Assembly: GCA_002314935.1 (NCBI GenBank)
Contig: DCHW01000030.1
Span: 258-64,257, forward strand
DNA from: Clostridiales bacterium UBA1742
Lineage (GTDB): Bacteria; Bacillota; Clostridia; TANB77; CAG-508
Direction: 5' to 3'
DNA length: 64,000 nt
The notes under the pieces were generated by a model. That model was not told the DNA's origin, made no database searches, and saw nothing but the letters and a program-made list of their open reading frames with translations. A program made the position numbers and the translations under genes. Below, piece by piece: positions 47,886 through 58,855 of the stretch (position 1 is its first letter; every line of letters begins with the position of its first letter).

Positions 47886-50800
47886 ATGTTTAATTATTTA
47901 AGTACAGAAAAAGGAAAGATTACAACTAAAGTTTTGGCGGTGTTATTGATAATAACTTTAACACTTGTTAATTTTATTGTTTTAGGCTCAAATATAGGAA
48001 AGATAAATATTTCTTTTGCTGCAGATGCAGATGAAACATCAGAAAGTAATGTTAGATATAGTGTTTATCTTGATGAAGGAAAAACTACAACAGAGACAAT
48101 AACAGATATTAACAATCAGGATTTGAAATTGTATGTTACTGTTGAGGTAAAAAATCAAGGAAGCTTGGAAAATGCAACATTAAATTTTGCAAATACAAAT
48201 TTTTATTTGAAGTCTGATAATACAAAAACAAGTATAAATTTAGGAACAATACAAGCTGGAACAAAATTAGAAAAGGTTTATAATATTGTACCTAAAACAG
48301 ATACACAATTTAATTTAAATTGGTTAAACATGGATAGTGTAATAACTCTTACTGGTTCATATAAAAGTGATGATGGAACAAGTGAGTTAAAGGCTGATGA
48401 TACAAAAAATCAAAGAAAAGTTAATATTAAATTAGATGCTCCTACAAAAATTGGTGAAGAAGATAATAATAATCATAAAATAAATCTTAATCAAGAATTT
48501 ATAACAAACCAAATCTTAACAGTTAATGGATTTTCAAAAAGAGTTATACAAGAAATGGTATGTGTAAATGTTAATAACAATAGTTATCCAACAAAATCAA
48601 CATATATAGAAGCAACCAATCCAATAAGTGGAGTAACACCAGAGCTTGTAAAAGTTGCGACTTATGGAACTGCTGCAACAAATGGAAAATATTTAGAGTT
48701 TGGAACAAAAGAAGATAATAAAGCTGGATATTACGAATATGATTCAGAAAATAAAAAAGTAAAAATAACAGTAAATAATAATGCAGATGAAAATAATTGT
48801 ATTTCTTGGGAAAAAAATACTGCTGATGTTTTTGTAATAACATATGTATATCCAGAAATAACAGAAACCAAAAACATGGATACAAAAATAACTGCGCAAG
48901 CTACAATGTATACATATTTAAATAATAACAATAATTATGCTTCTGCTGAAAAAGAAATAAAAACAACTTTAGAAAATAAAAGTATAAATCCAGAAATAAG
49001 TGTATCTGTAACTGGTGAAATATTTAAAGGAAATATGAACTTAGGCAAAGATACAGAATTTATGACATTATGGCAAGCTGGAATTAGTGATGCTAATTTA
49101 ATGGATACTATTATTTTAACGGATGGTTCATTAACTGATGAATTTAATAAAGAAGCAGGAATTAATCCTACAACATATTATAAAGCTACATATATTAATG
49201 TAGAAGAAATGAAAAATCTTTTAGGAGAAGATGGAACAATTACAATAATTGGAGATAAGGAATATATAGTTAATAAAGATACATCTAAAGGAGAAAATCA
49301 ATTTAAAGATTATTATAAAGTTGAGTATACAGGAGAAACAAATGTTATTATGATAAAAACTTCTAATCCTGTAAAAGAAGGAATAATAACAGTTATAAAT
49401 GATAAAGCTTTAAAATCTAATGAAAATGTTAAAAATAATTTAGATAAAATAAATAAGTTAATAACACAAGTTTCGCTTACATATGGAAATGGTAATGATA
49501 TAGTTGGAGGAACTGACTCTATAAATGTAGTTAGTGAGGAAATGGCAATTTCAAATACAGTATATGCTATTTCAGCAGAAGCAGACAAAAAAGAAATTTC
49601 TACAACACAAGCTACAGATGTTAATTTTACAATAACATTGAAACAAGATAGTGCAAAATATACATTGTATAAAAATCCGGTTATAACAGTAGAATTACCA
49701 GAATATATTGATGCAATTGAGTGTAATAATGAAAATGTTTCATTATTAAATGCCGATGGAATATTTGAAATAGAATCAACATATTTAAATAACACATATG
49801 ATAAGCCAATAATTCAAGTAGAATTAAAAGGAGAAAGTACAGCTTATGGAGAAAATCCACAAATATTAATAAAGGCAAAATTAAAAACTGATAGTATAAT
49901 GCCAACAACTGCAGGTACAGTAAATGTTTCTGTAAGTCAAAATAATAATGCAATTGCAAGTAAATCAATATCATTAAATGCAAAAGCAGAAACTACTTTA
50001 TTAACAGCAACTGCAGTAAAAGTTGGAGAAAATGATATACAAACTGCGTTTAAAGAAAATATAACTGCACAAACAATAGAAACTGAAAATAAAGAACCAA
50101 TTTCTGTAAATGTTACTGGAACTGTAATAAACAATATGGGATCTGATTTAACAAATGCTGCTGTAATTGGCAAATTAGATGGTAATTTGGGTGCAACACT
50201 AAAAAATATAAATGCAAATGCAACAATTAGTTACACAGCAGATAATGAAGTAGCTGAAAGTAGCAATTGGGTAAGCGAAATGCCAGCTAAAGCTACTGGT
50301 TATAAATTAGTATTTGATTCTATGAAGAATACTGAAACAAAGAAATTTAATTTAATACTTGAACTACCTGTAGGATTAACAACTAATAAATCAATGGATG
50401 TTGCATATACAGTAATTGCTGGAACTACAAGGGTTGAATCACCAGTAGTAACATTAAATACACCACAAAATGCAAAATTAGAATTAACAGTTACACCATC
50501 AGTAGAAAATAATGAAACTGTATATGAAGGTCAAACTTTAAGTTATGAAGTGAAAGTTAAAAATACAGGAGATGGAACAGTAAAAAATATAAATGTATCA
50601 AACATCGTACCAGAAGGAACAACATTAGTTTCTACAAGTGCTTCATCATGGACAATAGCTTCATTAGAAGCAGGAAAAGAAGAAACTAAAACAATGCAAT
50701 TAACAGTAAATAACTTAGCTTCAGGAGAAACAGAAAAAGAAATAAATGTAAAAACAACTGTAACACAAGAATATTTGGAAAGTGAATTAACAAATAATGT

Positions 50801-53063
50801 TAAGAATGTAGTTAAAAAATCACCTTTATTGGTATCATTTGCATTACATAAAAATTATAGTGATATTGTTTTAAATGATACTATCATTTATCGAATTACA
50901 ATAAAGAATAATTCAAATGAAGATATTGAAAATTTAAAGATTGAAAATATTGTGCCAAATGAACTTGAATATGAAGAAGTAATAATTTGTTCTGAAGACG
51001 ATGAACAAGAGACAAAATTTAATAAAGTTGATACAAAATATAGTTTGGATAATGTAAATCTAGGAAAAAATCAAACAAAAACAATTGAGATTGAAGCTAA
51101 AATAGTAAATTACAATAAAAATGGTTTAATAAATAATTTAGATTTTTCTTGGGGAGATTCTAAAAAGGCTACTTTTACAGATGTAAGAAATATGGTAAAA
51201 CCATCTACGATTTCTTTAAATATTGCATCAGACAAAACAGATAAAGAATTAAATACTGATGATATAATAGAATACAATGTTGAAGTAAAAAATGAAGGTT
51301 TTTCAGATACAAAAGTAGATTTAAAAATTAATTTAACAGAGGGATTAGAACTTACTGCAATTAAAAATTCTGAAGAAGATATATTGGTAACAGATGAAAT
51401 GAAACAAAATGGTGAGTGTATAATAACTGAGGAATATATAGAAAAAAATAAAAGTACAAATATTAAAATTACAGCTAAAGTAGTGGTTGATCAAGAAAAT
51501 ATATCTGAAAATAAAGAAGTTTCAATACAAGCATCAGCGATTAGAGGAAAATATATTGAAGAGTCAAATAAACTTACAAATATAGTAAAAAAAGCAGAAT
51601 TAAAACCACTTACAGTAACTATGAGTTCTTCTAAAGCTGATAAAGAAGTAAATACAAATGATGTAGTTGAATATTATGTTTTATTATTAAATGCTAATAA
51701 AAAAGATATTACAACAAATGTAAAAATTACATTATCAAATAGTTTAGCAATAAACAAAATAGAGACAGTTAATGATACAGATATTGCAATGACAAAAACA
51801 GATGTTGATAATAAAAATGAATATACAATTAATGATATTATTGTGCCTGCAGAAAATACTGTTAAATTAAAAGTTACATCAACTGTAACAAGAAATCAAA
51901 ATGATTTAACATCAAATTTAACATTAAGTGCAAAAGCAGTAGCTATAACAGATGAAACACAACAAGAATCAAATATAATTAACTGTGTATTAAAGAAAAT
52001 AAATTCAGACAATCCTGATAAGCCAGACAATCCTGACAATCCTGACAATCCTGATAAGCCAGACCCAATAACATCAAAATATTTTATATCAGGAAAAATT
52101 TGGTTAGATGAAAATAAAGATGGTCTTATGGGTAATAATGAAAAAGGCATTAAAGAAATAAATGTTAATATTAAAAATGCTTTAACAGGAGAATTTCTAA
52201 AAGATAATAATGGTAATTTAATTAAAACAACAACAAATAGTGAAGGTGTATATAAATTTGAAAAGCTTGATGCAGGTAAATATATATTAGTATTTGATTG
52301 TGATGTACAAACCTATGGAGTAACTACTGGAAAAGATTCTGTAGGAGTAATTGTTACTGAAGAAGGAAATACTTTTGTAAAAACAGATACAATTGAAATT
52401 GTAGATAAAGATATAATAAATTTAAATATTGGATTAGTGGAAAATCCAACATTTGATTTACAACTAGATAAATATGTTTCTAAAATAACAGTACAAAATG
52501 TAGATGGAACAACAACATATAATTATAATAAAACACAACTTGCAAAAGCAGAAATTTCATCAAAGAAAATGGCTGGTTCTGTGGTAGTTGTAGAATATAC
52601 AATTGATGTAACAAATAAAGGAGAAATACCTGGATATGTAGATTCAATTGTAGATTATGTATCACCAGAATATACATTTAGTTCAGAATTAAATACAAAT
52701 TGGTATGAAGGTGCAGATAATTATTTATATGATTTAGAACTAGGAAATGAAGAAATTATGCCAGGTGAAACAAAATCTGTAACTTTAGTATTAACTAAAA
52801 CAATGACTAATACTAATACTGGATTAATAACAAATACTGCAGAAATTTCAGAAGCATTTAATGAATTTGCTTTTGAAGATGTAAACTCAATACCAGGTAA
52901 TATGGAACAAAAAGAAAATGATATGTCATCAGCAGATGTAATTATATCTGTAAAAACTGGTGGAACAGGACTTTATATAGGAATATTTATAGCAAGTTTA
53001 CTTATATTAGGTGGCGGAATTTACCTAGTAAATAAAAAGGTAATTGCTAAAAAAGATATATAG
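47886..53063 (+). CDS. Giant cell-surface protein (DUF11-type repeats, SdrD-B/Cna-B-like domain, C-terminal anchor)
   Basis: N-terminal signal/TM. Several DUF11-like units, e.g. TVYEGQTLSYEVKVKNTGDGTVKNINVSNIVPEGTTLV...LEAGKEETKTMQLTV. A PDKPDNPDNPDNPDKPDP linker. SdrD-B-like ISGKIWLDENKDGLMGNNEKGIKEINV..TNSEGVYKFEKLDAGKYILVF. C-terminal VKTGG plus a hydrophobic helix and KKVIAKK. Confidence 0.8.
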   Translation: MFNYLSTEKGKITTKVLAVLLIITLTLVNFIVLGSNIGKINISFAADADETSESNVRYSVYLDEGKTTTETITDINNQDLKLYVTVEVKNQGSLENATLNFANTNFYLKSDNTKTSINLGTIQAGTKLEKVYNIVPKTDTQFNLNWLNMDSVITLTGSYKSDDGTSELKADDTKNQRKVNIKLDAPTKIGEEDNNNHKINLNQEFITNQILTVNGFSKRVIQEMVCVNVNNNSYPTKSTYIEATNPISGVTPELVKVATYGTAATNGKYLEFGTKEDNKAGYYEYDSENKKVKITVNNNADENNCISWEKNTADVFVITYVYPEITETKNMDTKITAQATMYTYLNNNNNYASAEKEIKTTLENKSINPEISVSVTGEIFKGNMNLGKDTEFMTLWQAGISDANLMDTIILTDGSLTDEFNKEAGINPTTYYKATYINVEEMKNLLGEDGTITIIGDKEYIVNKDTSKGENQFKDYYKVEYTGETNVIMIKTSNPVKEGIITVINDKALKSNENVKNNLDKINKLITQVSLTYGNGNDIVGGTDSINVVSEEMAISNTVYAISAEADKKEISTTQATDVNFTITLKQDSAKYTLYKNPVITVELPEYIDAIECNNENVSLLNADGIFEIESTYLNNTYDKPIIQVELKGESTAYGENPQILIKAKLKTDSIMPTTAGTVNVSVSQNNNAIASKSISLNAKAETTLLTATAVKVGENDIQTAFKENITAQTIETENKEPISVNVTGTVINNMGSDLTNAAVIGKLDGNLGATLKNINANATISYTADNEVAESSNWVSEMPAKATGYKLVFDSMKNTETKKFNLILELPVGLTTNKSMDVAYTVIAGTTRVESPVVTLNTPQNAKLELTVTPSVENNETVYEGQTLSYEVKVKNTGDGTVKNINVSNIVPEGTTLVSTSASSWTIASLEAGKEETKTMQLTVNNLASGETEKEINVKTTVTQEYLESELTNNVKNVVKKSPLLVSFALHKNYSDIVLNDTIIYRITIKNNSNEDIENLKIENIVPNELEYEEVIICSEDDEQETKFNKVDTKYSLDNVNLGKNQTKTIEIEAKIVNYNKNGLINNLDFSWGDSKKATFTDVRNMVKPSTISLNIASDKTDKELNTDDIIEYNVEVKNEGFSDTKVDLKINLTEGLELTAIKNSEEDILVTDEMKQNGECIITEEYIEKNKSTNIKITAKVVVDQENISENKEVSIQASAIRGKYIEESNKLTNIVKKAELKPLTVTMSSSKADKEVNTNDVVEYYVLLLNANKKDITTNVKITLSNSLAINKIETVNDTDIAMTKTDVDNKNEYTINDIIVPAENTVKLKVTSTVTRNQNDLTSNLTLSAKAVAITDETQQESNIINCVLKKINSDNPDKPDNPDNPDNPDKPDPITSKYFISGKIWLDENKDGLMGNNEKGIKEINVNIKNALTGEFLKDNNGNLIKTTTNSEGVYKFEKLDAGKYILVFDCDVQTYGVTTGKDSVGVIVTEEGNTFVKTDTIEIVDKDIINLNIGLVENPTFDLQLDKYVSKITVQNVDGTTTYNYNKTQLAKAEISSKKMAGSVVVVEYTIDVTNKGEIPGYVDSIVDYVSPEYTFSSELNTNWYEGADNYLYDLELGNEEIMPGETKSVTLVLTKTMTNTNTGLITNTAEISEAFNEFAFEDVNSIPGNMEQKENDMSSADVIISVKTGGTGLYIGIFIASLLILGGGIYLVNKKVIAKKDI
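52008..52067 (+). repeat. In-frame short tandem repeat encoding the (PDN/PDK) linker
   Basis: gacaatcct / gataagcca 9-nt units occur about 6.5 times, within the CDS. Confidence 0.8.
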
Positions 53064-53082
53064 AAGGTAGGAGGTGAAGAAA

Positions 53083-56000
53083 ATGAAAAAGATTAAGATA
53101 ATATGTTTTAGTATAATAGTTATAATGCTGATACTTGCTTGTGTAATGAGTGTAAATTTATTAAACAATGTTAATTTAGTTGGAAAGAAAATTTTAGAAA
53201 ATAAAATGGAAGCATTAACAACTTATGAGAATAAAGATACAGTATATATTTCAGCTTCACAAAAACCATGGGCAAATGTTTTTTGTGAACAAGAAGGATA
53301 TGATATAAACACTTGGGGAACATATACTAGAACCAATAGTACAGTATCATTAAGTAATATACAAAAATTTAAAATTGCATATATTTTAACTACAAATTCA
53401 GAAGGATATACCAAAAGAGGATCAAATGATGTTCCAAGTGGATTTTCTGGAGATGGACCATATGCTTCGTTTAATAATGCACAACAGGCAATATGGGCAA
53501 CTTTATGTTCAAAAGGTTTTTCTACTACACATGAATCATATGGTGTAAATCTTTATTATAGGAAAGTTGAAAAAATAGGAAGTACATGGAAATGGCAGGG
53601 AGGAACTCATTCTCCGTCTACAAGTACTTCAAGGCCAACATGGGTTAATTTATATATAAATGCTTCTGATTATGCAACGGCAGCAAATAGTGCTTCTATT
53701 TCTGCAACTACGTATACTGGAACAGTAAAAAAGGTAACAGATGATGGAAAAGTAGTAATTGGTCCATATAAGGTGTCATATACAACTATTACAGGAAGGA
53801 CTGCTACAGTTTCACTTGATAGTTCTTTATCTGGAAAGGCATATGTTTCAGATATAAATGGAAATAATAAATCAATAGTAAATAATACAGATTTTTATAT
53901 TACGGTAAATCAAGCACACATTAGTTCTTTAACAGGAAAAAGTATAAAAATAAATTATAAAATAAATTTACAAATTGTTGATAAAGCATATAAATTTTCA
54001 CCAAATACAGGAACACAGCAATTAATAACATTTACATTAAAATCATATGATAAAACAGCAAATGTAAATTTATCAATACCTACACTTGTACCTAAAGTTG
54101 CAATTAATTTAAATAAAATTAATGATTTAGGAAATAATTTAACAGGTGCAAAATTTGATATTAGTTTTAAACAGGGAGCAACATCTTTAGGAAGCAAAAC
54201 AGGTGTAAATGCAGGAGAAACATTAACATCAAATCAACCATCTGGAACAGGAGATATAACAGTTACAGTAAAAGAAACTAATGTACCAGAAGGATATTAT
54301 AGTTTTGGAACTGCAACAGCTACATTAAAGTATGATGCTACAAATTCAAAATGGTATCTATATGATAATGGAAATACTATATTTCATGAAAAATCAAATA
54401 CAAGAACAACTACATTAACAACTTTAACAATTAATACTGTTAATAAAGCTAAAATAGAAAATTTAGTAATTAATAAAGTTAATTCAATTGGAATAGGTAT
54501 AGAAGGTGCAAAATTTAAAGTTACAGATATTACAAATTGCTCAAATAGTACAGATATAAAAAGTAAAACATATATAACAGATGCTAATGGAAATATAAAT
54601 ATCGGAGAAATAAAAGTAGGAGATTTAAATAATTCACAAGTTGTTATAACATTAGAAGAAACTGATGCTCCTGCTGGATATAATAAATTAACTGGAAATG
54701 TTGAAATTACATTAACATATTTAAAGGCATTAAATAATTGGGTAAGTGAAATTACTTCAAAGCCAACTATAGAACAAAATGCACAAGATGCACTATTTAC
54801 AACTAATTGCGTTAAAAGTGGAAATAAAACAACAGTAAATGTAAAAATTCCAGATTTAGCCAAAATTGATGAATTGAAAATTAAAAAAGTAGATCAAAAT
54901 GGAACGTCAATAAAAGGTGCAAAATTTAAAGTTACAAATATTACAAATTGTTCAAATAGTACAGATATAGAAGGAACTGAATATGTAACTGGAGCTGATG
55001 GAATACTTACAATTAAAGATGTTGTATCAAAATCAATGGATGAATCAATAGTTGTTGAATTAGAAGAAACTAATGCACCTAAAGGGTATAAAAAATTAAG
55101 TGAGACTATTGAAGTTACCTTTACATATAATGGAACAAGTAAAAAATGGGAAGGAATAGTAACTAAGGAGCCAACTGTTGAACATAATAATGGATGTCAA
55201 TTTGATGTTACTTCAACTGGTAGTACAAATCAAACAATAGCAACTATAACGGCAACAGATTTAGCTGAAATTGATGATTTAATAATTAATAAAATTGACT
55301 CAATGGATAACAGCTTAGAGATATCTGGAGTTAAATTTAAAGTTACTGGTACTACAAATTGTGCAAATTCAGAAGATATTTTAAATAAAGAATTTAAAAC
55401 AGTAGATGGTAAATTAAGTTTTGGAAGAATAACATTTGCAAATATTAATGAGACTTTAGAAATAACAATTGAAGAAACAAGCGCTGCGTTAGGTTATAAA
55501 AATCTTACTGCTCCTATAACAATTAAGATAGATTATAATGGAGCTGCAAGTTATAATGTTTCTATAGAGAGTGACAATGAAGAAGATGTTACTATAGAAG
55601 ATAATAGTAATAATATAATAACAGTAGCTGTTCCAAATATACCAGTAATGCTTGTTGGTGGAATAGTATTTAATGATGGATCAAATGGTGAATCAAAAGA
55701 AGGAAATCAAACTTTACAAAATGGAACTTATACAAAACAAGCTGATTTTGATGAAGGTTTATCAGGAGTTACAGTTCAACTACTTAATGAAGATAGCGAA
55801 GTAATTGCAACTACAATATCATCTGAGGGCAATGAAACTATAACATACACAAGCTATAATGGTGAAGAATATACAAAAACATTAGTTAAAGGTGAATATT
55901 TCTTTAGTTGTACAGACGAAGAGGACTATTTAGTAAGAGACAACTATACTGTTATATTTATATATAATGGTCAAAAATTTATAACAACTGCTATAGCAGC

Positions 56001-58818
56001 AAATTTACAAGAAAATAATGATATGAATAAAACTGAAGAAATGGGAAGAAGCACTTTTAATAATCAGTTTGTTACAATTAATAATGCTTCAGGTTTAGCA
56101 TATAGTTATACTGAAAAAGAAGATTGTGAAAATGTTGAGGATGCAAATTTATTGATGTATACTGATGAAACAACATCTTGGGTAAATGACAATTATGAAT
56201 CAGAGGTTAAAGAAGAATTTACAATATATTCAAAAACAGGATATGATTTAACTGACAATTGGCAAAATGTATGGAATTCTAATGGAGAAGTAAATACTAA
56301 TGCATATCAATTAGATACAAATTGTGGTTTAAGAGAAAGAAGACTTGATATATCTTTAACAGATGATGTTGAAAATGTTGAAGTTAGCATTAATGGAAAA
56401 ACAGCAACATATAATTATGCACAAGTTATAGATGGCGAAGTAGATGCGCTATTAAATGGAGATAATCTTTCAAAAAATGTTAAACTAAATTATAATCAAG
56501 ATATTTATGAATCAGATTATAACTATAGAATAGAAGATTATGCTGATGGGCTATTAGAAAACAATTTAAACGAAAATGATGCTGCTGAAATTGCAGGAAA
56601 TGTTTCTGTGGAAAGTGAATTAAAGATAAATGTTACATATAAATTAAAAGTAAAACTTCAAACTATTACTGAAGAAGGAAGTGTTAGGGTTAAAACAGTA
56701 TATGATTATTATAACAAAGATGTATATACATATATAGGAGAAGATGAACGTGTTTCTGTAGTAGAACCTGGAGTGGTTGAAATCGATTTAAGTGACAGTG
56801 AACTAAATGGAGAATATTCTGAAGAAATAGAGCTAAAATTTAGTGTGGTTATTCCAGATGGAGCAAATGTTGGTGAAGAAATATGTACTGGAGAAAATTA
56901 TGCTGAAATAGTTGAATATTCAACAGAGGACGGATTAATAGATAGAGACTCTAATCCAGGGGATATAAGTGAACATATTGAAGATGATACAGATTATGCA
57001 CCAAGCATGATATTTAAACTAGCTGAAAATAAGACAAGAACAATTAGTGGATATGTATGGAATGATTCTGCAAATAAAGATTCATATGAAATTGGTGATG
57101 GAATTAAAAAAGAAGAGACTGAAGAAGTAGTTAATGATGTTATTGTACAACTTATAGAAATAAAACCTATAGAAATATTAGGAACAACATATAATTTAGA
57201 ATATATTTGGCAAGAAACAAGAAGTGGAAGCAATGAAGTAAGCGCAATTGATTTAGGTAATACAAATATAGAGAACTATTATAATAATATAACTGAAAAT
57301 GGTAAATATGAGTTTACTGGATTTATACCAGGTAATTACATTGTAAGGTTTATATATGGTGATGGAACAACAGAAGATGTAACAACATATAATGGTCAAG
57401 ATTATAAGTCAACATATTATGGAGATTATGCATCAAATGATTATTATAATACAAGTGAAAATTCATTTAACAAGGATATTTCTGTAGCAAGAGATAACGA
57501 AGCAAGAAGATTAGAAGTAATGGCATATTCTGCTGAAATTGATTATGATATAGGTAGTGCAGTTGAATCAAAGACAGATCCTATGTTAAAAGCTACATGG
57601 ATGTGTGCAGAAACACTAAAAATTAATGTACCTGTAGATGCAGATGATATTGCAACTGCTTCAGATAGTACAGATTCTTCTAATTCAGAAAATCAAATAA
57701 CATTTGATAAAATTAACTTTGGATTAGAAAAGAGACCAGAAACAAAAATAGAATTAGAAAAACATATTACAGCATTAAGTGTAACAACAGAAAGTGGACA
57801 AATTTTATTAGATGCAAGAGCTGATATAGATGATTTGACTAAAAATAAAGAAGGTGTAACAAAGGGATTAACATCAATTACTTCAACGAGAAATAATAGA
57901 GGATACTGGAGATTAGAAACTGATTTATCAGAACTTGGTCAAGGATCTGAAATGGAAGTAACATATACATATGTAGTTAAAAACGTGGGAGACACAGACT
58001 ATTTATCTAAAACTTTAATAGATGAATATAAAGCAGATATAACTGATCCAAGCAAGACAATAAATAATTATAAAGAGTATTTGATAGGTACAGCATCATA
58101 TGTAAAAGCTAATATTCAAATTGGATCACATACTATAGGAAAGTATTTAGGAAACTTCTATTATACAGGAAGCCAAGATCCTGAGAAGGATGCTAAAGTT
58201 CCAACACAAGTAAATGAAATTCAAGAAGCATTAAATAACCAATTTGGATTAAGCACAGATAATAATTATTTTGAGAAGGTTACTGAAGCTGATGATGGGA
58301 ATAGCCAGTATGCTATTAGTAGTGGAGGAAAATATCAAAGAACAATATGGAGAATTACAGGAGATGTAATTGAATCTAAAAAAGAGACTATGAATACAAT
58401 CATAAAATCTACTGGTGGATTATCTTTAATTCCTGGAGGAAAGGATTTAACTAAATCTGTAAATCTAGAAGCAACAATAACAACAGATGGAGGAAGCTAC
58501 GATAGCTATATTGCAGAAATTACAAAATATACAAATGCTGCAGGTAGAGTAGACATGAATGTAGTTCCAGAAAATTTAAGTTATGTACATAGTGATGATA
58601 CAACAAGAACATTAGATAATACAGGTGATACAGGTAAGAAATATAAGAGTGAGGTGTCAAACGAACATGACGAGTTCTGGGGTGAAAGTATAATTATATC
58701 TAAACCTACAGGTGAAGATAAAATTACACCAATACAAATTATAATGGTATCAACATTTGCGGTAGCAATAATAGGATTAGGAGCAATTACAATAAAAAAA
58801 TTTGTATTAAAAAAATAA
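53083..58818 (+). CDS. Giant adhesin with an N-terminal thioester-domain (TED) signature and repeated SpaA/Cna-B-like stalk domains
   Basis: ATG 53083 lies 8 nt after AGGAGG. Signal/TM present. VFCEQ (Cys codon 53284-53286) and AQQAIW (Gln codon 53482-53484) match the TED Cys and TQxA(I/V)W Gln motifs. Three or more units of L.I.KVd..g..i.GAKFKVT...n....EETnAP.GY. C-terminal SKPTGE plus TM and KKFVLKK. Confidence 0.8.
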   Translation: MKKIKIICFSIIVIMLILACVMSVNLLNNVNLVGKKILENKMEALTTYENKDTVYISASQKPWANVFCEQEGYDINTWGTYTRTNSTVSLSNIQKFKIAYILTTNSEGYTKRGSNDVPSGFSGDGPYASFNNAQQAIWATLCSKGFSTTHESYGVNLYYRKVEKIGSTWKWQGGTHSPSTSTSRPTWVNLYINASDYATAANSASISATTYTGTVKKVTDDGKVVIGPYKVSYTTITGRTATVSLDSSLSGKAYVSDINGNNKSIVNNTDFYITVNQAHISSLTGKSIKINYKINLQIVDKAYKFSPNTGTQQLITFTLKSYDKTANVNLSIPTLVPKVAINLNKINDLGNNLTGAKFDISFKQGATSLGSKTGVNAGETLTSNQPSGTGDITVTVKETNVPEGYYSFGTATATLKYDATNSKWYLYDNGNTIFHEKSNTRTTTLTTLTINTVNKAKIENLVINKVNSIGIGIEGAKFKVTDITNCSNSTDIKSKTYITDANGNINIGEIKVGDLNNSQVVITLEETDAPAGYNKLTGNVEITLTYLKALNNWVSEITSKPTIEQNAQDALFTTNCVKSGNKTTVNVKIPDLAKIDELKIKKVDQNGTSIKGAKFKVTNITNCSNSTDIEGTEYVTGADGILTIKDVVSKSMDESIVVELEETNAPKGYKKLSETIEVTFTYNGTSKKWEGIVTKEPTVEHNNGCQFDVTSTGSTNQTIATITATDLAEIDDLIINKIDSMDNSLEISGVKFKVTGTTNCANSEDILNKEFKTVDGKLSFGRITFANINETLEITIEETSAALGYKNLTAPITIKIDYNGAASYNVSIESDNEEDVTIEDNSNNIITVAVPNIPVMLVGGIVFNDGSNGESKEGNQTLQNGTYTKQADFDEGLSGVTVQLLNEDSEVIATTISSEGNETITYTSYNGEEYTKTLVKGEYFFSCTDEEDYLVRDNYTVIFIYNGQKFITTAIAANLQENNDMNKTEEMGRSTFNNQFVTINNASGLAYSYTEKEDCENVEDANLLMYTDETTSWVNDNYESEVKEEFTIYSKTGYDLTDNWQNVWNSNGEVNTNAYQLDTNCGLRERRLDISLTDDVENVEVSINGKTATYNYAQVIDGEVDALLNGDNLSKNVKLNYNQDIYESDYNYRIEDYADGLLENNLNENDAAEIAGNVSVESELKINVTYKLKVKLQTITEEGSVRVKTVYDYYNKDVYTYIGEDERVSVVEPGVVEIDLSDSELNGEYSEEIELKFSVVIPDGANVGEEICTGENYAEIVEYSTEDGLIDRDSNPGDISEHIEDDTDYAPSMIFKLAENKTRTISGYVWNDSANKDSYEIGDGIKKEETEEVVNDVIVQLIEIKPIEILGTTYNLEYIWQETRSGSNEVSAIDLGNTNIENYYNNITENGKYEFTGFIPGNYIVRFIYGDGTTEDVTTYNGQDYKSTYYGDYASNDYYNTSENSFNKDISVARDNEARRLEVMAYSAEIDYDIGSAVESKTDPMLKATWMCAETLKINVPVDADDIATASDSTDSSNSENQITFDKINFGLEKRPETKIELEKHITALSVTTESGQILLDARADIDDLTKNKEGVTKGLTSITSTRNNRGYWRLETDLSELGQGSEMEVTYTYVVKNVGDTDYLSKTLIDEYKADITDPSKTINNYKEYLIGTASYVKANIQIGSHTIGKYLGNFYYTGSQDPEKDAKVPTQVNEIQEALNNQFGLSTDNNYFEKVTEADDGNSQYAISSGGKYQRTIWRITGDVIESKKETMNTIIKSTGGLSLIPGGKDLTKSVNLEATITTDGGSYDSYIAEITKYTNAAGRVDMNVVPENLSYVHSDDTTRTLDNTGDTGKKYKSEVSNEHDEFWGESIIISKPTGEDKITPIQIIMVSTFAVAIIGLGAITIKKFVLKK

Positions 58819-58821
58819 TAT

Positions 58822-58852
58822 AAAAAGAAAGGCTTTATAGCCTTTCTTTTTT
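58822..58852 (+). terminator. Rho-independent terminator after the adhesin gene
   Basis: gaaaggct-ttat-agcctttc followed by TTTTTT. Confidence 0.8.
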
Positions 58853-58855
58853 AGC

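Noticed and set aside
52008-52067. Microsatellite acting as a phase-variation switch
   Set aside because: The unit is 9 nt and in frame, so copy-number change alters linker length but cannot switch the gene off. It is recorded only as an in-frame repeat.
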